From positions 5,952,001 through 6,016,000 of the forward strand of contig JBHGNT010000003.1 in assembly GCA_043228905.1 (NCBI GenBank): 64,000 bases of DNA. The letters are read 5' to 3'. A program made the position numbers and the translations under genes. The notes beneath the pieces are model-generated. The model was given only the letters and a program-made list of their open reading frames with translations, had not been told where the DNA came from and searched no databases. Numbering within the stretch: the stretch's first letter is position 1; each line of letters opens with the position of its first letter. Shown in pieces: positions 34,909-47,900 of this stretch. The DNA comes from Azolla caroliniana. Taxonomy: Eukaryota; Plantae; Polypodiophyta.

Positions 34909-37900
34909 ACGCTTTCTCTCCGATTCCACCTATGGCCGGTTTTCTTCACGACATCCACCCCCACCAAACCATGCATCCACCGGTATGCGCCAGAGACGGG
35001 TAGACATCGGAGAAACCCGGCCTCACTCGTTGCTCTCCGTTTCTCCGTCGGACCCGAACTGATCGTCGTTGTCGCTCCCGCTCGCAGGCTCCGGCTCGTC
35101 TTCGAACCGCTTTTTGAAAGCTTTGATCCGCTTTCCAGCCACCGGCACCGCTAACCGTGTCCCATCAAGTTCCGCGAGTTGGTACGTGTCGTTGCCGTTT
35201 GCGCTCGTAACCATGTAGGGCCCGAACCATCTCCTAGCAAACTTTCGCACCGCCTTGTGCTGATTGTCGAGGTTGCTGTCGTATACCAAGACCCAGTCGC
35301 CTTCCTCGATCTTCTTTGGTCGCAACCGGTGCGTCCGGTTGAACCGGGTCTTGTTACGCTCCCTCGCCGCTCGCAGCTTTTCCTTCGCCCGTATCACGTC
35401 CTCCGGCCTCCGCTCGAGTTGCCGAATCCGCGCCGCCAGCAACTCCTCCCGGCTCATTTCGTCTTTCCAATCTACCGTTGCCCACGAAGAAACCGTCCGT
35501 TCCACCGGCATGATCGGCTTTTGTCCGTACATTAGCTCCGTCGGCATAAACCCTGTCACCAAACTATGCGTAGTCCAGTCCGCCCATAGCGCGTAAGGAA
35601 GGAGTCGCGGCCAATTCCCGACCTGCCCACCGCATGCACGCACCAACGCCTTTACAATCGGTCCGTGCCCACGTTCCACCTTTCCGTTCGCCTCCGGATT
35701 GTACGCCGTGGTGAGGGAGAGTTTGACGCCCAGCCAGTCGAACAGCTCCTCGGCCTCCCGCGCATCCAGCTCTCCCCGGTCCGCCACGATCCTCCCGACG
35801 CACCCGTACCGACACACTACTTCTTCGATCAGGAACCGGCATACCGTCGCGGTTGTCTTGCTTTGCAATGCACGGCCTTCCACCTGGTTCGTTAAGTCTT
35901 CCCATGCAAGCACTAGGTATCGCATCTGTCCTACCCCCATCGGCATCATCACCAAGTCCACCATCCACTTGAAATGGACCGTAGGCGGGTAGGTCAGGTG
36001 TAGCTCGTCCCGATGTCGAACTACGGAGTGCATCTGACAGCTCTCGCAAATCATTACAAACCGATGCACGTCCTGGTACAGCCCCGGCCACCAGTACTTC
36101 TCCTTCAGCTTCTCGAAAGTGGCCCACGTTCCACGGTGTCCGGCCCAGGGGCTCTCGTGAAATGCCCTTGTTCTTCTTTCTTTGCCACTACTCGGAGTGG
36201 AATGTCGCTTCTCTTCTTTGGGTGCCTCCATATGCACTCGTCCCACAGGAAGAATCGGTACGCCTTCCTCCGTATCCGGCTCACCTCCTCCCTCGCCCAT
36301 GCTGCGTCTGGCATCATCATCCGTAGGAATCTCCCGATTTGGAGCCACTCCCCGTCGGCGAGGAATTCTTCGTCTTCTGAAACCATGTCGTCTTCGTCGT
36401 TGAACCTTGCCCTCGAAAGCATGTCGGCCATGGCGTTGTCCTTTCTAGAGATGTGTCGTATCTCCGGGTTCAGGGACTTAATGTACGCTATCCACTGGAG
36501 CATTGCTAGGTCCAGTGTCGCGCATCCGGAAACCATGCCGAGTATCGGTAGGCAGTCCGTCTCGAGAATCACCTCCGCCCTGATCAGATAATCCTTGTCG
36601 GCCTTGACCGCCGAAACGACACCCCAAAGTTCGCGCTTAACTTGGGCATACCCTCGTTGCCGCTCGCTCAATACCTTCGCCCCGAACCGGATCGGGAATC
36701 GTGCACCGCCCTTGTCCTCCTGACTGATTACCCACCCGATCCCGGTCGGGCTAGTGTCCACCGTTACGCAGATGGGAACATCCTTGCCGTAAACCGCTTT
36801 ACGAAGAGCCGGCGCTGCCGTAAGCGCCTCCTTTAGTCTCCGAACCGACTCCGTGTGCTCCGTCCTCCACTCAAAGCTACGCCCCTTTTTCAATAGTCCG
36901 TAGAGGGGTTCCGCGACATGTGTGTAGTGCGGGATCTAGATGTGGTAGAACGCGCATGCCCCCAAGAATCTGCGAACCTCCGTGACCGACCCGCAAATGT
37001 TCCTCATCGCGGAGATGGGCCTCTACCTTTGCCGGAGACGGTTTTCTACCGTAAGGCCCGCACAGGTGTCCGACCACCAAGATTTCCGGCTGTCCGAAGG
37101 CCGACTTTTCCCCGGAGAAGGTGAGCCTCGCACGCTCTAGTCTCTGTAGCACCTTCTCGCAGTCATCGATGTGGGACACCACGAAATTCCGACATCCGTC
37201 CGGCCCGATTGCCTCGTCCCTTTTCTCCACCGGGCATCCCTTGATCGGGATGTCATCTAAGAACGGCATGGTGATGTCCGGGATACAATCCCTGAGCACT
37301 TTGTTCATCGCGTTCACCATGTGAGCCACTGAGTTCGTCCCTCCTTGTGGCAGGGTACACATTCGCACTAGGCCGAGAGGAGTTCGCATCGTCGTAATGT
37401 CTCTGCTCTCCACGGCTAGTTGGAACTGATCGTACCCCGAGTACAGATCACCAACAAAATAGATCGACCTTCCAGCGAAGGCCTCCGTGAACTCGTCTAT
37501 GGTCGGTCTAATCCCTGCATTACGGATTGTCACCTTGTTGACCGGTTGTAGGTCCTGGATGAAGCGCAGCGTGCCGTTCTTCTTCGGCACCGTAAACCAC
37601 CGATTCGAATACGGGGCACTCGACGGTTCGAGGATGCCCATCTCCACCTTTTGCTTTAGGAGCTCCATCAACTTCGGGATGTGAGCTCTTGGCACCGGAA
37701 TCGGCTTGAGATTCCACGGTACATGCGGTACCGTGAAGATCACCATCGGTTCGACAACTGTCGGGTCTACGCACCCAATCTCCTCCGGTGTGAATGCGAA
37801 AGCCTTCCCGTGCCTTCCGAGCATTCTCCGAAACCGGTCCTCCTCCACCGGCAATAGGAAGTCGCCCCGACCGACCTTGAGCTCCCGTAGCATTATGTCG

Positions 37901-40900
37901 GTGAACTGGTGCCCTATGCCAGCCGGATTCCGTAAACTTGGGTCCGACGCGACCCCTTTTATCCGCTCCTCGCTGCCCTCCGGCAAGGGTGTCGCGACTG
38001 GCCTCACCTTCCGGTCCACAGTCTTGTATTTCGAATCCACGCGGGCCTCCCGATCCGACCCGATCCTTTCCCCGAAGTCTACGATGACTTCGTATATTCC
38101 TATTGACCCCACCGGAATGGTCCGGTCTTCTCTAAGGTCTTCACTGATCACCTTTCGTAGTTCGCCCAAGGTGTCGTCAAAAGAGACCGCCTCCACAGCG
38201 CCACTGCTGCCCTCGTCGGGGAAGAGGACTCCGCATCCCCTGAGCTGCTCCTCCGCTCGCTTCCTCTCCTGCCGCTGACGCTAGTTATAGTACAACCGCC
38301 GTTGTCGGAGAACCAAAATTTCCTACCTATGGTACATGTCTTCTTCCGTACTGTACATTTGTGGGGTTCTTCCCAGGTGTCCGGACTATCGCGGCCCCAC
38401 ACCTTGACAGCCCTCTCTAAAAATCCCCTTGGGTTTTCGCTGCCGAGGGCCTCGCGGTTACGCTCGTGGTTTGGTCGCACCGTTAGGAACTGGACCGAGT
38501 GACGCCTGTCCTGGCTCTTGACTCTTGCATAGGCTGAACCATTGTCCAGCACCTTGGTCTCCATCCATGTTGTCGTGATATATGGTTCTCCTAGTATAAC
38601 CGGATGTGAGGACGTCTCCTGCACGAAGAAGTTGGTCGATCTTGACATTGCCGATATTCACCCGTACGTTCGGACAGGCCCCATGTAGTGCTTCCGTGGC
38701 GCGCGTCGCTGCCCGTATCTTCCAGCCATGCTTGGTGTTGATCGGCCATTTACCCTTCTTGTAGAAATCCATGGACATCAGGTTGATTTCGGATCCATGG
38801 TCTACCAACGCCACCACTAGTTCCAAAATGTTGCCGATCCGTACTGGGGTTTCCGTAGTCACCCTGGCCCAATGCGGCTTCGTGTAGTGGCTTCCCGCCA
38901 ACTCATCTTCCAGGGCCCCGTCTTCCAGGTGCGTGGTCCGCACTTCCACCGGCTTCTCCGGTTCCGGCTCCATCGAGAGCCTCTTCCACTTCACCAAGTC
39001 TACGATAGAGTCGTGGAACTCCCTCTTGGTGATTCCCAGCACCTCCCGCAACGACAGCTCCACTTTATTGTCGAGGATTCGCTCTTCAAGGACCTTCCGT
39101 AGGTCCGTTGCTCGCTCGATTTTGGTGCTCAACCGAAACCCCGCTTGCTTCTTCCCATCCGGCACGCCTGGGTTGCCGGCACCGGTCGGTTTCGGCCCGA
39201 ACCGGGTCTCATACCTCGGGGCCCCAACCCCTCCGGCCTTTCCTGCCCGTTTGTCCTCCACCAGAACCTCGTAGTTCTGGCAAGTGGCTTCTACGAAGCC
39301 CGTTTTCTCTTCCACCGGATCGTCCCAACCGGTGACCTCCTGGACCCGCTGTTCCGCGCGGTCCGCCTCTTCCTTCCTTAGCCGAACTCCGGAAAGGCCT
39401 TCTAGTACTAACGGCCAGAATCCGGAGTCCTTCGCCTTCCGGGTCTCATCACCCCCGACCCGAATTCCCGCCGACATTGAGTAGTTAACGGCTTCGACGT
39501 GCCGTGTCGCAGCCTCTTCCATCAACCTCTTCATTCCGTCGCGCCCCGTATTCAGTTCCAGGGCTCTCCGAGTCTCGCTCACGTGCACCCGCCCATTCCA
39601 GAGGTACACCACGTTAGTTTTGAGCGCATCGGTGAAATCCACGCAGTCCTTCCAAATGTGACCGATCGCGTCACACCACATGCACCGCTGCCCAGCCGGC
39701 GGCCTCTGGTCACGAGGTTGTTCACCGTTGTCTCTTCGGGCCTGTGCGATCTGCAGGTTGCGCACCATCTGTGTTAGCTCCTCCAGAGCCGCTCCTCCGG
39801 ATGGGCCTCTAACCACGTTGTTCGATGTCGACCCCGACTCCGGCCAGATTCGGGTCTCTTCCTTCTTCCCAGCCGGCACCGAAACCGGCTCCTTGAGCCT
39901 CCTCCCCGGGACCAGCCCCGACCCCGACGTGCTTCCGTCGCTCCAATCGCGTCGTTTGTCGAAACGGCTGCAGACCCGTTTTACCACGGCCCAGTCCGTC
40001 GTGAGCCCTTCGTCCGTTTCCAATAGGGGCCCCACCTTTTCCCTGTCGAGCGAATCCACCGACTTGACAAACAGTAGTACTCGACTTGTTTCGAGCACCG
40101 TCCAGTCCAGCGTCGACAGCCGCGCGAACCGTTTTTCGAACTCCTGGAGGAGCATCGACTTGTTCCTCCCTTTTCTGGGGCTTTCCACCCACGCCATGAA
40201 GTCCCGCCTAGACAGCCGAAGCGAGTCGTCAAACCCGTACTTCTCGAGGAGCTGCAGCTCGAACTCCTCCCAAGTCTGGCATCCGGCCAGCACCTCGAGC
40301 ACCTCCGCATGGATGCCCGGCGTCACCACCCGAGGGAATCCGGACAGCCGCCTGTCCACCGGGATATTCCTCATGATCATTTCGGCCCGGTAAGCCTCCA
40401 AATAACTTGTGGCGTCTTTCCCTCCGAAACGGCCTATAGAGCCGACGATTGATTCAATGGCTCTGTCGAGGGTACCCGTTCCCTCACGAGCGCTCACCAG
40501 CCGGTCGACGGCCACCGCCATTGCCTTTGCTAGTTCCGATCCCCTCATCTTTCGACTCCTTTGCCGCCCTTTCACGTTGGGTTCACCAAAGATGTCGCGT
40601 TATTACGCGCGTACGTGTGGAAAGGGGCGGGACCACAGGGGGTCTTGGACCGAGGAGCGAGAGAGAGAGAGACAGAGAGACAGAGAGAGATTCACCGACA
40701 CGAAAAGCGAGAAGGAAAGAGATAGAATCGTAACACTTAATTATAATGGCAAGAGATTACAATCCCTAACAGTTACAACCGACGTGGCGGTGACGGACCC
40801 GACACGGGGACCCTACTCACGCACACCGACGACAGTCACCCAACTCCAAGAAACAAAGGGAAAAGGGAGCGACTCTGCTGGAAGCACACGGGTTGTCCAC

Positions 40901-41220
40901 GAATCAGAGGCAGCGCACTCCCACAGGCGGCGATGGACCCACAGAGAACGACGGCTCCAGGAGTAGAGAGAGAGCTCGCTTCTCTTCTACAGCAACCTCT
41001 TTTTCTCTCCCTCGCGCGCGATATCCTTTTCTTTCTCCTCTCGCCTTTTATTCCCTGTCCCCCTTTGGGATACACACAATCCCCTCTAATAAATGTGTGT
41101 GGCTTAGTAGTCACATCCACCGTTTCACGTACAAAGTATCCAGTCACGCGTCCATCCGTGTAGGGGCCGGTTTACGCGCTTTCTCTCTGATTCCGCCTAT
41201 GGCCGGTTTTCTTCACGACA
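34909..41220 (-). mobile_element. Ty3/gypsy element B2 (family of B1), inverted, 3' LTR truncated
   Basis: 5' LTR 40593-41220; Trp PBS 40571-40588 (one mismatch); gag-PR from ~40548; RT-RH-IN ~38420-35023 with frameshifts; PPT 34954-34965; LTR remnant 34909-34953. Confidence 0.92.
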
Positions 41221-41224
41221 GCGT

Positions 41225-41530
41225 TACAACGTCACCATCCAAGAAGTCGTATGTTCTTGAGAGATAGTTTGTTGCATGCCAAATTCCTAGTATATGGATT
41301 ATTGTAAACTCGAACTCATGCACGATCAACATCCACCTTGCTAGCTTGCTTGTTAGTTATGCTTTACTTACAAAGTACAACAAAGTCGAATGGTCTATGT
41401 GAAATGTGATCTTATTCCCCAACAAGTAGTGTCTAAACTTGTTAATCAAGTAGATCATGTCGAGCGCTTCTTACTCAGTCATCGAGTAGTTTTGTTCTAC
41501 TTTGTTTGGCTTTTGACTAGCATAGGACAC
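41225..41530 (-). mobile_element. Decayed gypsy RNase H fragment
   Basis: Minus strand EQNYSMTE*EALDMIYLINKFRHYLLGNKITFHIDH; may belong to the same old element as 28328-29187. Confidence 0.7.
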
Positions 41531-41534
41531 TAGG

Positions 41535-43400
41535 TGGAACCACTTTATCGTTGCATTCTTGGATGATATTCTTATTTATAGTTGTACCTTGGATGAATAT
41601 GGTAAATGTGTCTATTTTGTCCTCCAAACATTTTTATTCAAGATATCAAAATGTGAGTTTTTCAAGCTCACTACTTATCTTGGAAATTTAATACTTGGAC
41701 AAGGTGTGCAAATTGATCCGTATTGAATTGAGAAAGTCCAAATTTGGCTTATTCATATCGTTTGAGAGTTAGGTTTTGTGGTTTTTTTGGGAAAACCTAT
41801 TCACAATTACTACCAATTGATGATGTCATTTATGAACCTTATAAAATGCCAAATGCGCAAATGTACAAAAACAATCCCTTGGAATGACTATCAAGATGAG
41901 TCATTTAGAACACTCAAAAAACATGGGTGCTAGGCTCCTTCACTCCTTTTGCCACATCCATCTAAACCTTTTGAGATTGAAATTGATGCAAATGATTATG
42001 TAATTGGGGAAGTCTTGTATCAAGATGCAAAACCCATCACATTTTAGATTAAAAACTTACAATGTAGGTACTCATTCAACAAAATAGCTTAGATTCATTC
42101 CAATGAAGCTCATAGTAATGGTTATTCAGATTCTATTGGTTACCAATGAATATAGTAAGTGATAGAGATACTAAGTTTACTATTGATTTTTGGATACAAA
42201 TATTTGAGAAACTAGAAATTACTTTGAACATGAGTTTCATTGGCACCCTCAAATTGATGGAAAAACAGAATGAGTTAATCAAATAATTGAGGATATGAGC
42301 ATATGTCACTAAAAAGACTATTAAATGGGAGTGATATATTCCTATTTTGGAGTTTGCTTATAATAGCACCAATTGGATGATGTATGGCTTCCAGTCATGT
42401 TCCTTGATTGATGTCAACATTCGTCGTGAAACTACAAAGTACACAAAACTTTCTAAGGAAAATCCACGATGTGTTGCATATAACTTAGTCCAATATAAAA
42501 ATGGCCCAAGACAAAACTTGCTTTTAATTTGGCTAGCATCAACAACTCAATGTATTTTTCCCTAGACAGAAAGTGTGTTTATATTTGCCTCACGACTCTA
42601 CGACATTGTATATAGATAAGTGTGTTAAATTAGCTCCGCGCTATTGTGCACCTTTCACAAATCTTAAGCATATTGGTTCAACTACCTACCACCTTGACTT
42701 TCTAACTTGCATCAAAGTCCATCATATCTTTCATGTTAGTCTTCTCTCTTGGGTTCTAACGATAATTCAGTTTCCATTGAAACTTTGGTTACTTTTGAGG
42801 ATTTGGGATCTAAACCTCATAGGCTAGAAAGAATTCTCGATTCTAAAACTAATCGCCTATGTTCAAAGCATACTCAACAATTTTAATTAAATGGATGGAT
42901 GATTCTATTGAAGATGCTACCTGGAAGCTAGATGACAAATGCCCTCAAACCAACTTCCTTTTCATTGAAAGAGTGCAATCTTTAAATAGGGGAGTATATT
43001 ACAAGCCAGACTATAATTCTCGTTCTCTAAACTCAAAGTTAGGTGTGGGCTAATTCATAATGAATGAAGGGTGAGGGTTGCGTTATCTCAATCCTATAGT
43101 GAGAGATAACTCAATAATGGTTCATCACTTGACCACTTGTAAAAAAAACAACCAAGTGTGAAATAGACAAGGGCGTAGAGTTTGAACCTATATAACAAGG
43201 CTAACCACCTTCATGAAGTGGGCTATCTTTATGACATTGGATAGAGACTCTGATAGTGTGGCAAAGCTCTAGCTTCATACATGTGTGCCTCCTTCAAACC
43301 CAATGTACAATCCATGTGTATACTCAGTGGTATGGGGACATTGATGGATGACCCAAATGAGTCTTTCACCTTCGCTAAGGGGTAATATGGAAGATCAACA
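41535..43400 (+). mobile_element. Decayed chromoviral Ty3/gypsy remnant (RT-RH-IN-chromodomain, probable LTR)
   Basis: VAFLDDILIYS; FEIEIDANDYVIGEVLYQ; KLAPRYCAPF..HHIFHVSLL; chromodomain ERILDS..LIKW..EDATW at ~42825-42930; PPT-like aataggggag at ~42985. Confidence 0.75.
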
Positions 43401-44935
43401 CCCTTTCTTTTTTATTTTTGTTGAATGTTAATTAAGATCCTCACATCTATGCCTTGTGGGTGGAAAAAACCACTCATGGCACAATAATAAGTTCGTCAAC
43501 ATAACTTATAGCTCGACGAAAGTCAATGATGCACATTAAGAAACTAATCATTTCATGGGATACGATACCATGGGCTTATAAGGTGAGTATAGAAGAATTT
43601 ATTGCTTTGAGGATTAAACAACTTATGAGAAGACTTGAAGATGTGGACTTGGCAACTAGATGTTTATGTGAAGCTTAACAAAAGAATAAGGAGCAATATG
43701 ATAAGCGACATAATTTATAATTGAGGAAGATGGAGGAATGGGTCTAGATGTTGGTTTATTCTAGGTGTATTAGCAACCCACACAACTCCAAATGAAAATT
43801 CTCAAGAGATGACCATCACTTTATGTAGTGATAAAGGCCAAGGACAATAGGCTACATATCACTCAATTGAGCTTGGGAAACAAAGTTTGTCATGCTCATT
43901 GCAACATCATGAGTGCCAAAATGATGAAGCGACAAAAACATTGAATGTTAACTGAGCTACACATTGCCCATGCCACGCTTTGGCACACATAAGAGGATGT
44001 GCAAGTTTGATGGGGGATGGATGTCATTGTGTGCCACATGCATAATTGGGAAGGTGAAGGGAAACTAGTTTTGCACTTGATAAAAAAGGCCAAACAAAGG
44101 AAAGGATAGTTTTCTTAGGAATGGGTGGACGAATTGGACAACATGATGATTTTAGCATACTTAATGGGTAAAGTAGCTACCAAAAGGTGATGACAAAAAT
44201 ATATATCCAATCTACGATGAGAGGGTGCCTACGAGAATTTTTTATGGGGGGTTTTTCTATTATGTGATGTTGGGTGAAGAGGTGATTTGTTTTCTTCTTC
44301 TTGAACTTGGAGGATTTATTCGTGGAGAGACTAACCTTGAAGAGGAAGATGGTATTCTGGTGCTATAGGAGAGTCTCTCGATGCGAAGTCATTGAAGGCC
44401 GCAAAAAATTGTCCAGGTGTACATGCCCCTCGACCTTCAACATTTGTCAAATTCGTGTTTCTTTCGTTTGAAATGTGATTGCAGTTCAAAGGTACATGGG
44501 GAAAGAGAGTGGCATTATGATAGGGGGAGTGTTCCATGCTCCACTCGCCCCCTTTCCACTCAGAGTAGCTCTAGATCGGCCATCGACAGAGAGACAAAAA
44601 AGAGAAGGAATCAACAATGCGATTGCATCTGAGCAAGTAGACGATTGCGTAGAAGGCACCCGTGAGATCAAAGGGAGCCGTGGCGGCCCCTGGGCGTTTG
44701 CCTTGACTCTTGGGGTTTCGAGTACGAAAGGAACATTTGGTTCCATATCTCTCCTAAATTCTAATGAAAGTTTTAGAGCCCAAAGGTTTCAAGAGATGGA
44801 AGGGTGTTGGTAGGAGGGCCAATTTTGTAATTTGCCCAAAAGACCTCTCTATGTCTCATCTATTCCCTTACAGTTCCATTTCTTCTTCTTACTATTCTTC
44901 TGCAGTCGTTTTTGTGTCTGAATTTGCTGTTGGCC

Positions 44936-47900
44936 ATGGCAGAAGCTCCTCCTCCTCCCCAGCCTCAGCCCCAGCCTCAGCCCCAGCCTCTCAGAATCCA
45001 TCTGAGCCAACCCCCGCGTGAGCGGACCCCACTGATAGTCTCTTGCCATGCTGAGCGGGATCGTGTTATGGTATGTAAAAGCTCTCTCTCTCTCTACTCC
45101 CCGCCCCCGCCCCCGCCCCCGCCCCCGTCTCTCTGTCTTTCTCTAATGTTTTAATTTTTTACTTTTTTTAGGATGTTTTTAGAGCTGCCATATCCAGGCC
45201 GGTTCCTCCCGAGACCATTGCCCTCTCCACTATGCAAGATGCCATGAAACCTCAGGTCTCTTTTATCAAAATTTCTATTTATTTATGATCTCATTTTGGT
45301 AATTTTTTTTATTGCTATTATTATTTACTTTTCTAGGCTTACATACGTATAGTCCTGTTTTTAATAGAAACAAACTATTCTTGTCCAAGATGAGAATCAG
45401 CTTTTGGAAAATGGTCTTCGAACCCTGCTGCAAGATCTCGTGGTATGTATTTCGCTGCACATCAGCATTCCTTTCTCTTGTAGGTAAAACAAACTAACCA
45501 ACAATTCCGATTACAAATAATCAGTTACAGCTACAAATGCATTATGTTTTGGAAATGTATGTATTTTGAAACCGCAATGCTTTCTCGTTTTGGAATATAT
45601 GTAGTTTGAATCCATAAAGTGTTTTTGTTTTTGAAATGTATATAGTTTGAGCTTGAAACACCGATATGTTTTATTTTGGAAATGTATGATGTTTGAAACC
45701 ACAATGCCTCTTAGTTTTAAAAAACATGTATGTAGTTCAAAATCATGGTGCTTTTTTGTGGTTGCAATATTTTGCTGTACATTTTTTCATAAAATAGTAT
45801 GGATGATTTTTATTCTTATTTCTATTAGTCACATTTTCTTCCTTTTCAATATGCATCACATTGATGATAAGATGAAATGTCTCTTTTGTTATAAGAACCT
45901 CAAATTATCTGGAACTATTTTATAAGAACAATACCATTGTTTTATTTTGTTGCAAATTTTTATGTAATAATGCGTATCATTTCGAGAAAAGAATACATTG
46001 AATTATTGGAACGAATACAAAAGTCAAGCGTATTGTTTTTGGTTATAGATGTCTATACATTTTAACATCATAAGAATAACGACTACCTTAAATGTATGTA
46101 AGAATGAGTTTTTAGAAATCAAGTTAAATGTCTTGTTTTTTGTAACCAATTTTTAGTGTCGTAATGTAACATCTCGCAAGAATGATACCTCAAATATATT
46201 GGAATGATTTGCAAGAATCCAAACCAAATACATTGTGATTATAATTGTAGGGTGCTGCAGTCGAAGCTCAACAGCCTGTTATGCAGTATGGTAGTTCAAT
46301 TGATGAGGAAGATGAGAACACTGGACTTATCACAAGGCTTCTTGGTATCCTTTCTTATTCATTTTGCTACAAATGTTTCCACATTCTTCCCTAAATTCTC
46401 TCCAAAAGAAGATATGGAATGACACTTGTTTCTTTGTTCAATTTTACTCTATTTAGATATCGTTTTGTTCCTTTGTGAGAGAGGACATGTTGAAGGGGGC
46501 ATGGTCTTTCAATTATTAGAGGACCTTACTGAAGTCTCCACTATCAAGGATTGCAAGGAAGTGTTTGGATACATTGAAAGTAAACAGGAAACCCTAGGAA
46601 AGGCAAGTGTCATTTTTTTGATAGTCTCTCTAATGCCTGTTATTCTCAAATAGTTGCCTGGATGTAAAGTATGTCGCATGCATGTATCTGGCTCATTTCT
46701 CAACCGTTGTACTTTTAGACTGATCTTTCTAGCAATTTGTGCATATATTTTGGTTCATTTTTGATTGTTCTATTGTAGACTGAGCTTTTCGGAAGGGGCA
46801 AATTAGTGATGCTAAGGACATGTAATCAACTTCTCCGCCGGCTATCAAAGGTGTGATCTACTTTCAAACAGAATTATATGTGTCTTCAGATATCTTCTTT
46901 GAAGATGAAACTTTGAGAAGTCCATGGAAAATTAGGGCTTGAGAATACATGATTCAACACGTTCTTTCCTAGATATTTCCAAGTTAAACAAAATAAAAAT
47001 AAAAATGACTGGAGATGTTGTTGTGAAATTCCAGGCAAATGATGTTGTCTTTTGTGGCCGTATTTTGATGTTCCTAGCCCATGTTTTCCCCCTCTCGGAA
47101 CGGTCAGGTAAGATAGAAAAAGCAATGAAAATGGTTGAGCTTCCCATTCGGAAGGTTTGTGTATGCATTTGTATTGATAAAATATGGATTTACCTGTACA
47201 GCTGTAAATATAAAGGGGATATTCAACACATCAAATGAGACAAAATATGAAAGGGAGCCACCTGGAGATGGTAGGTCACGTACATTTCTTAATTGTTTGG
47301 ATTCTATTTCATATCTTAGTTTTCATTGTTTCTCCTACTCATATATGTTTATTGGCGTTGGCAGGACTTCCCTTGGATTTCAACTTTTATAAAACGTTTT
47401 GGAGTTTACAGGTACCCAGCTGCTCATTCTAATGAATGCAATATGTTGTGTTGATGCATCTAATGAGTTCTCAAAGAGGGAAGAGGGGGCTAGATTTTCC
47501 ATGCTGAAATTAGTTTTCTCCTTTAAGAGGCCAAAATGGCCTATAAGACCAAATAAGAGATTACATCTTAAGTGTTGTCTCTTCTTTGAGAACAAATCAA
47601 AATAAAATAAATATTACATAGTAAATATAAAAGTAAATAACATGAAAAGAAAAGAAATGAGGGAATCTGTTTTTTGGCACATGTGAGATTCTCAAGTTAG
47701 GTATATTGTAGCTTTTGTCTTCGAAAGATCTCTAGCATAGGTGGATCCAAAATGTAAATGTCTCCGAAGCAAGGGAAGCACCTATGATGGCGGGAGATAA
47801 TGGCTTTTATCTGTTGATGACAAGGGTGTCGAGGTCATGGGCCGGGGCCTACGTGCACGGCAAATTGCCATTGCCCGATCAATTGTAACCCCTTTGTTAA

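Noticed and set aside
16215-40393. Numerous antisense and off-frame ORFs over B1, B2 and the copia
   Set aside because: Expected shadow ORFs of GC-rich coding sequence.
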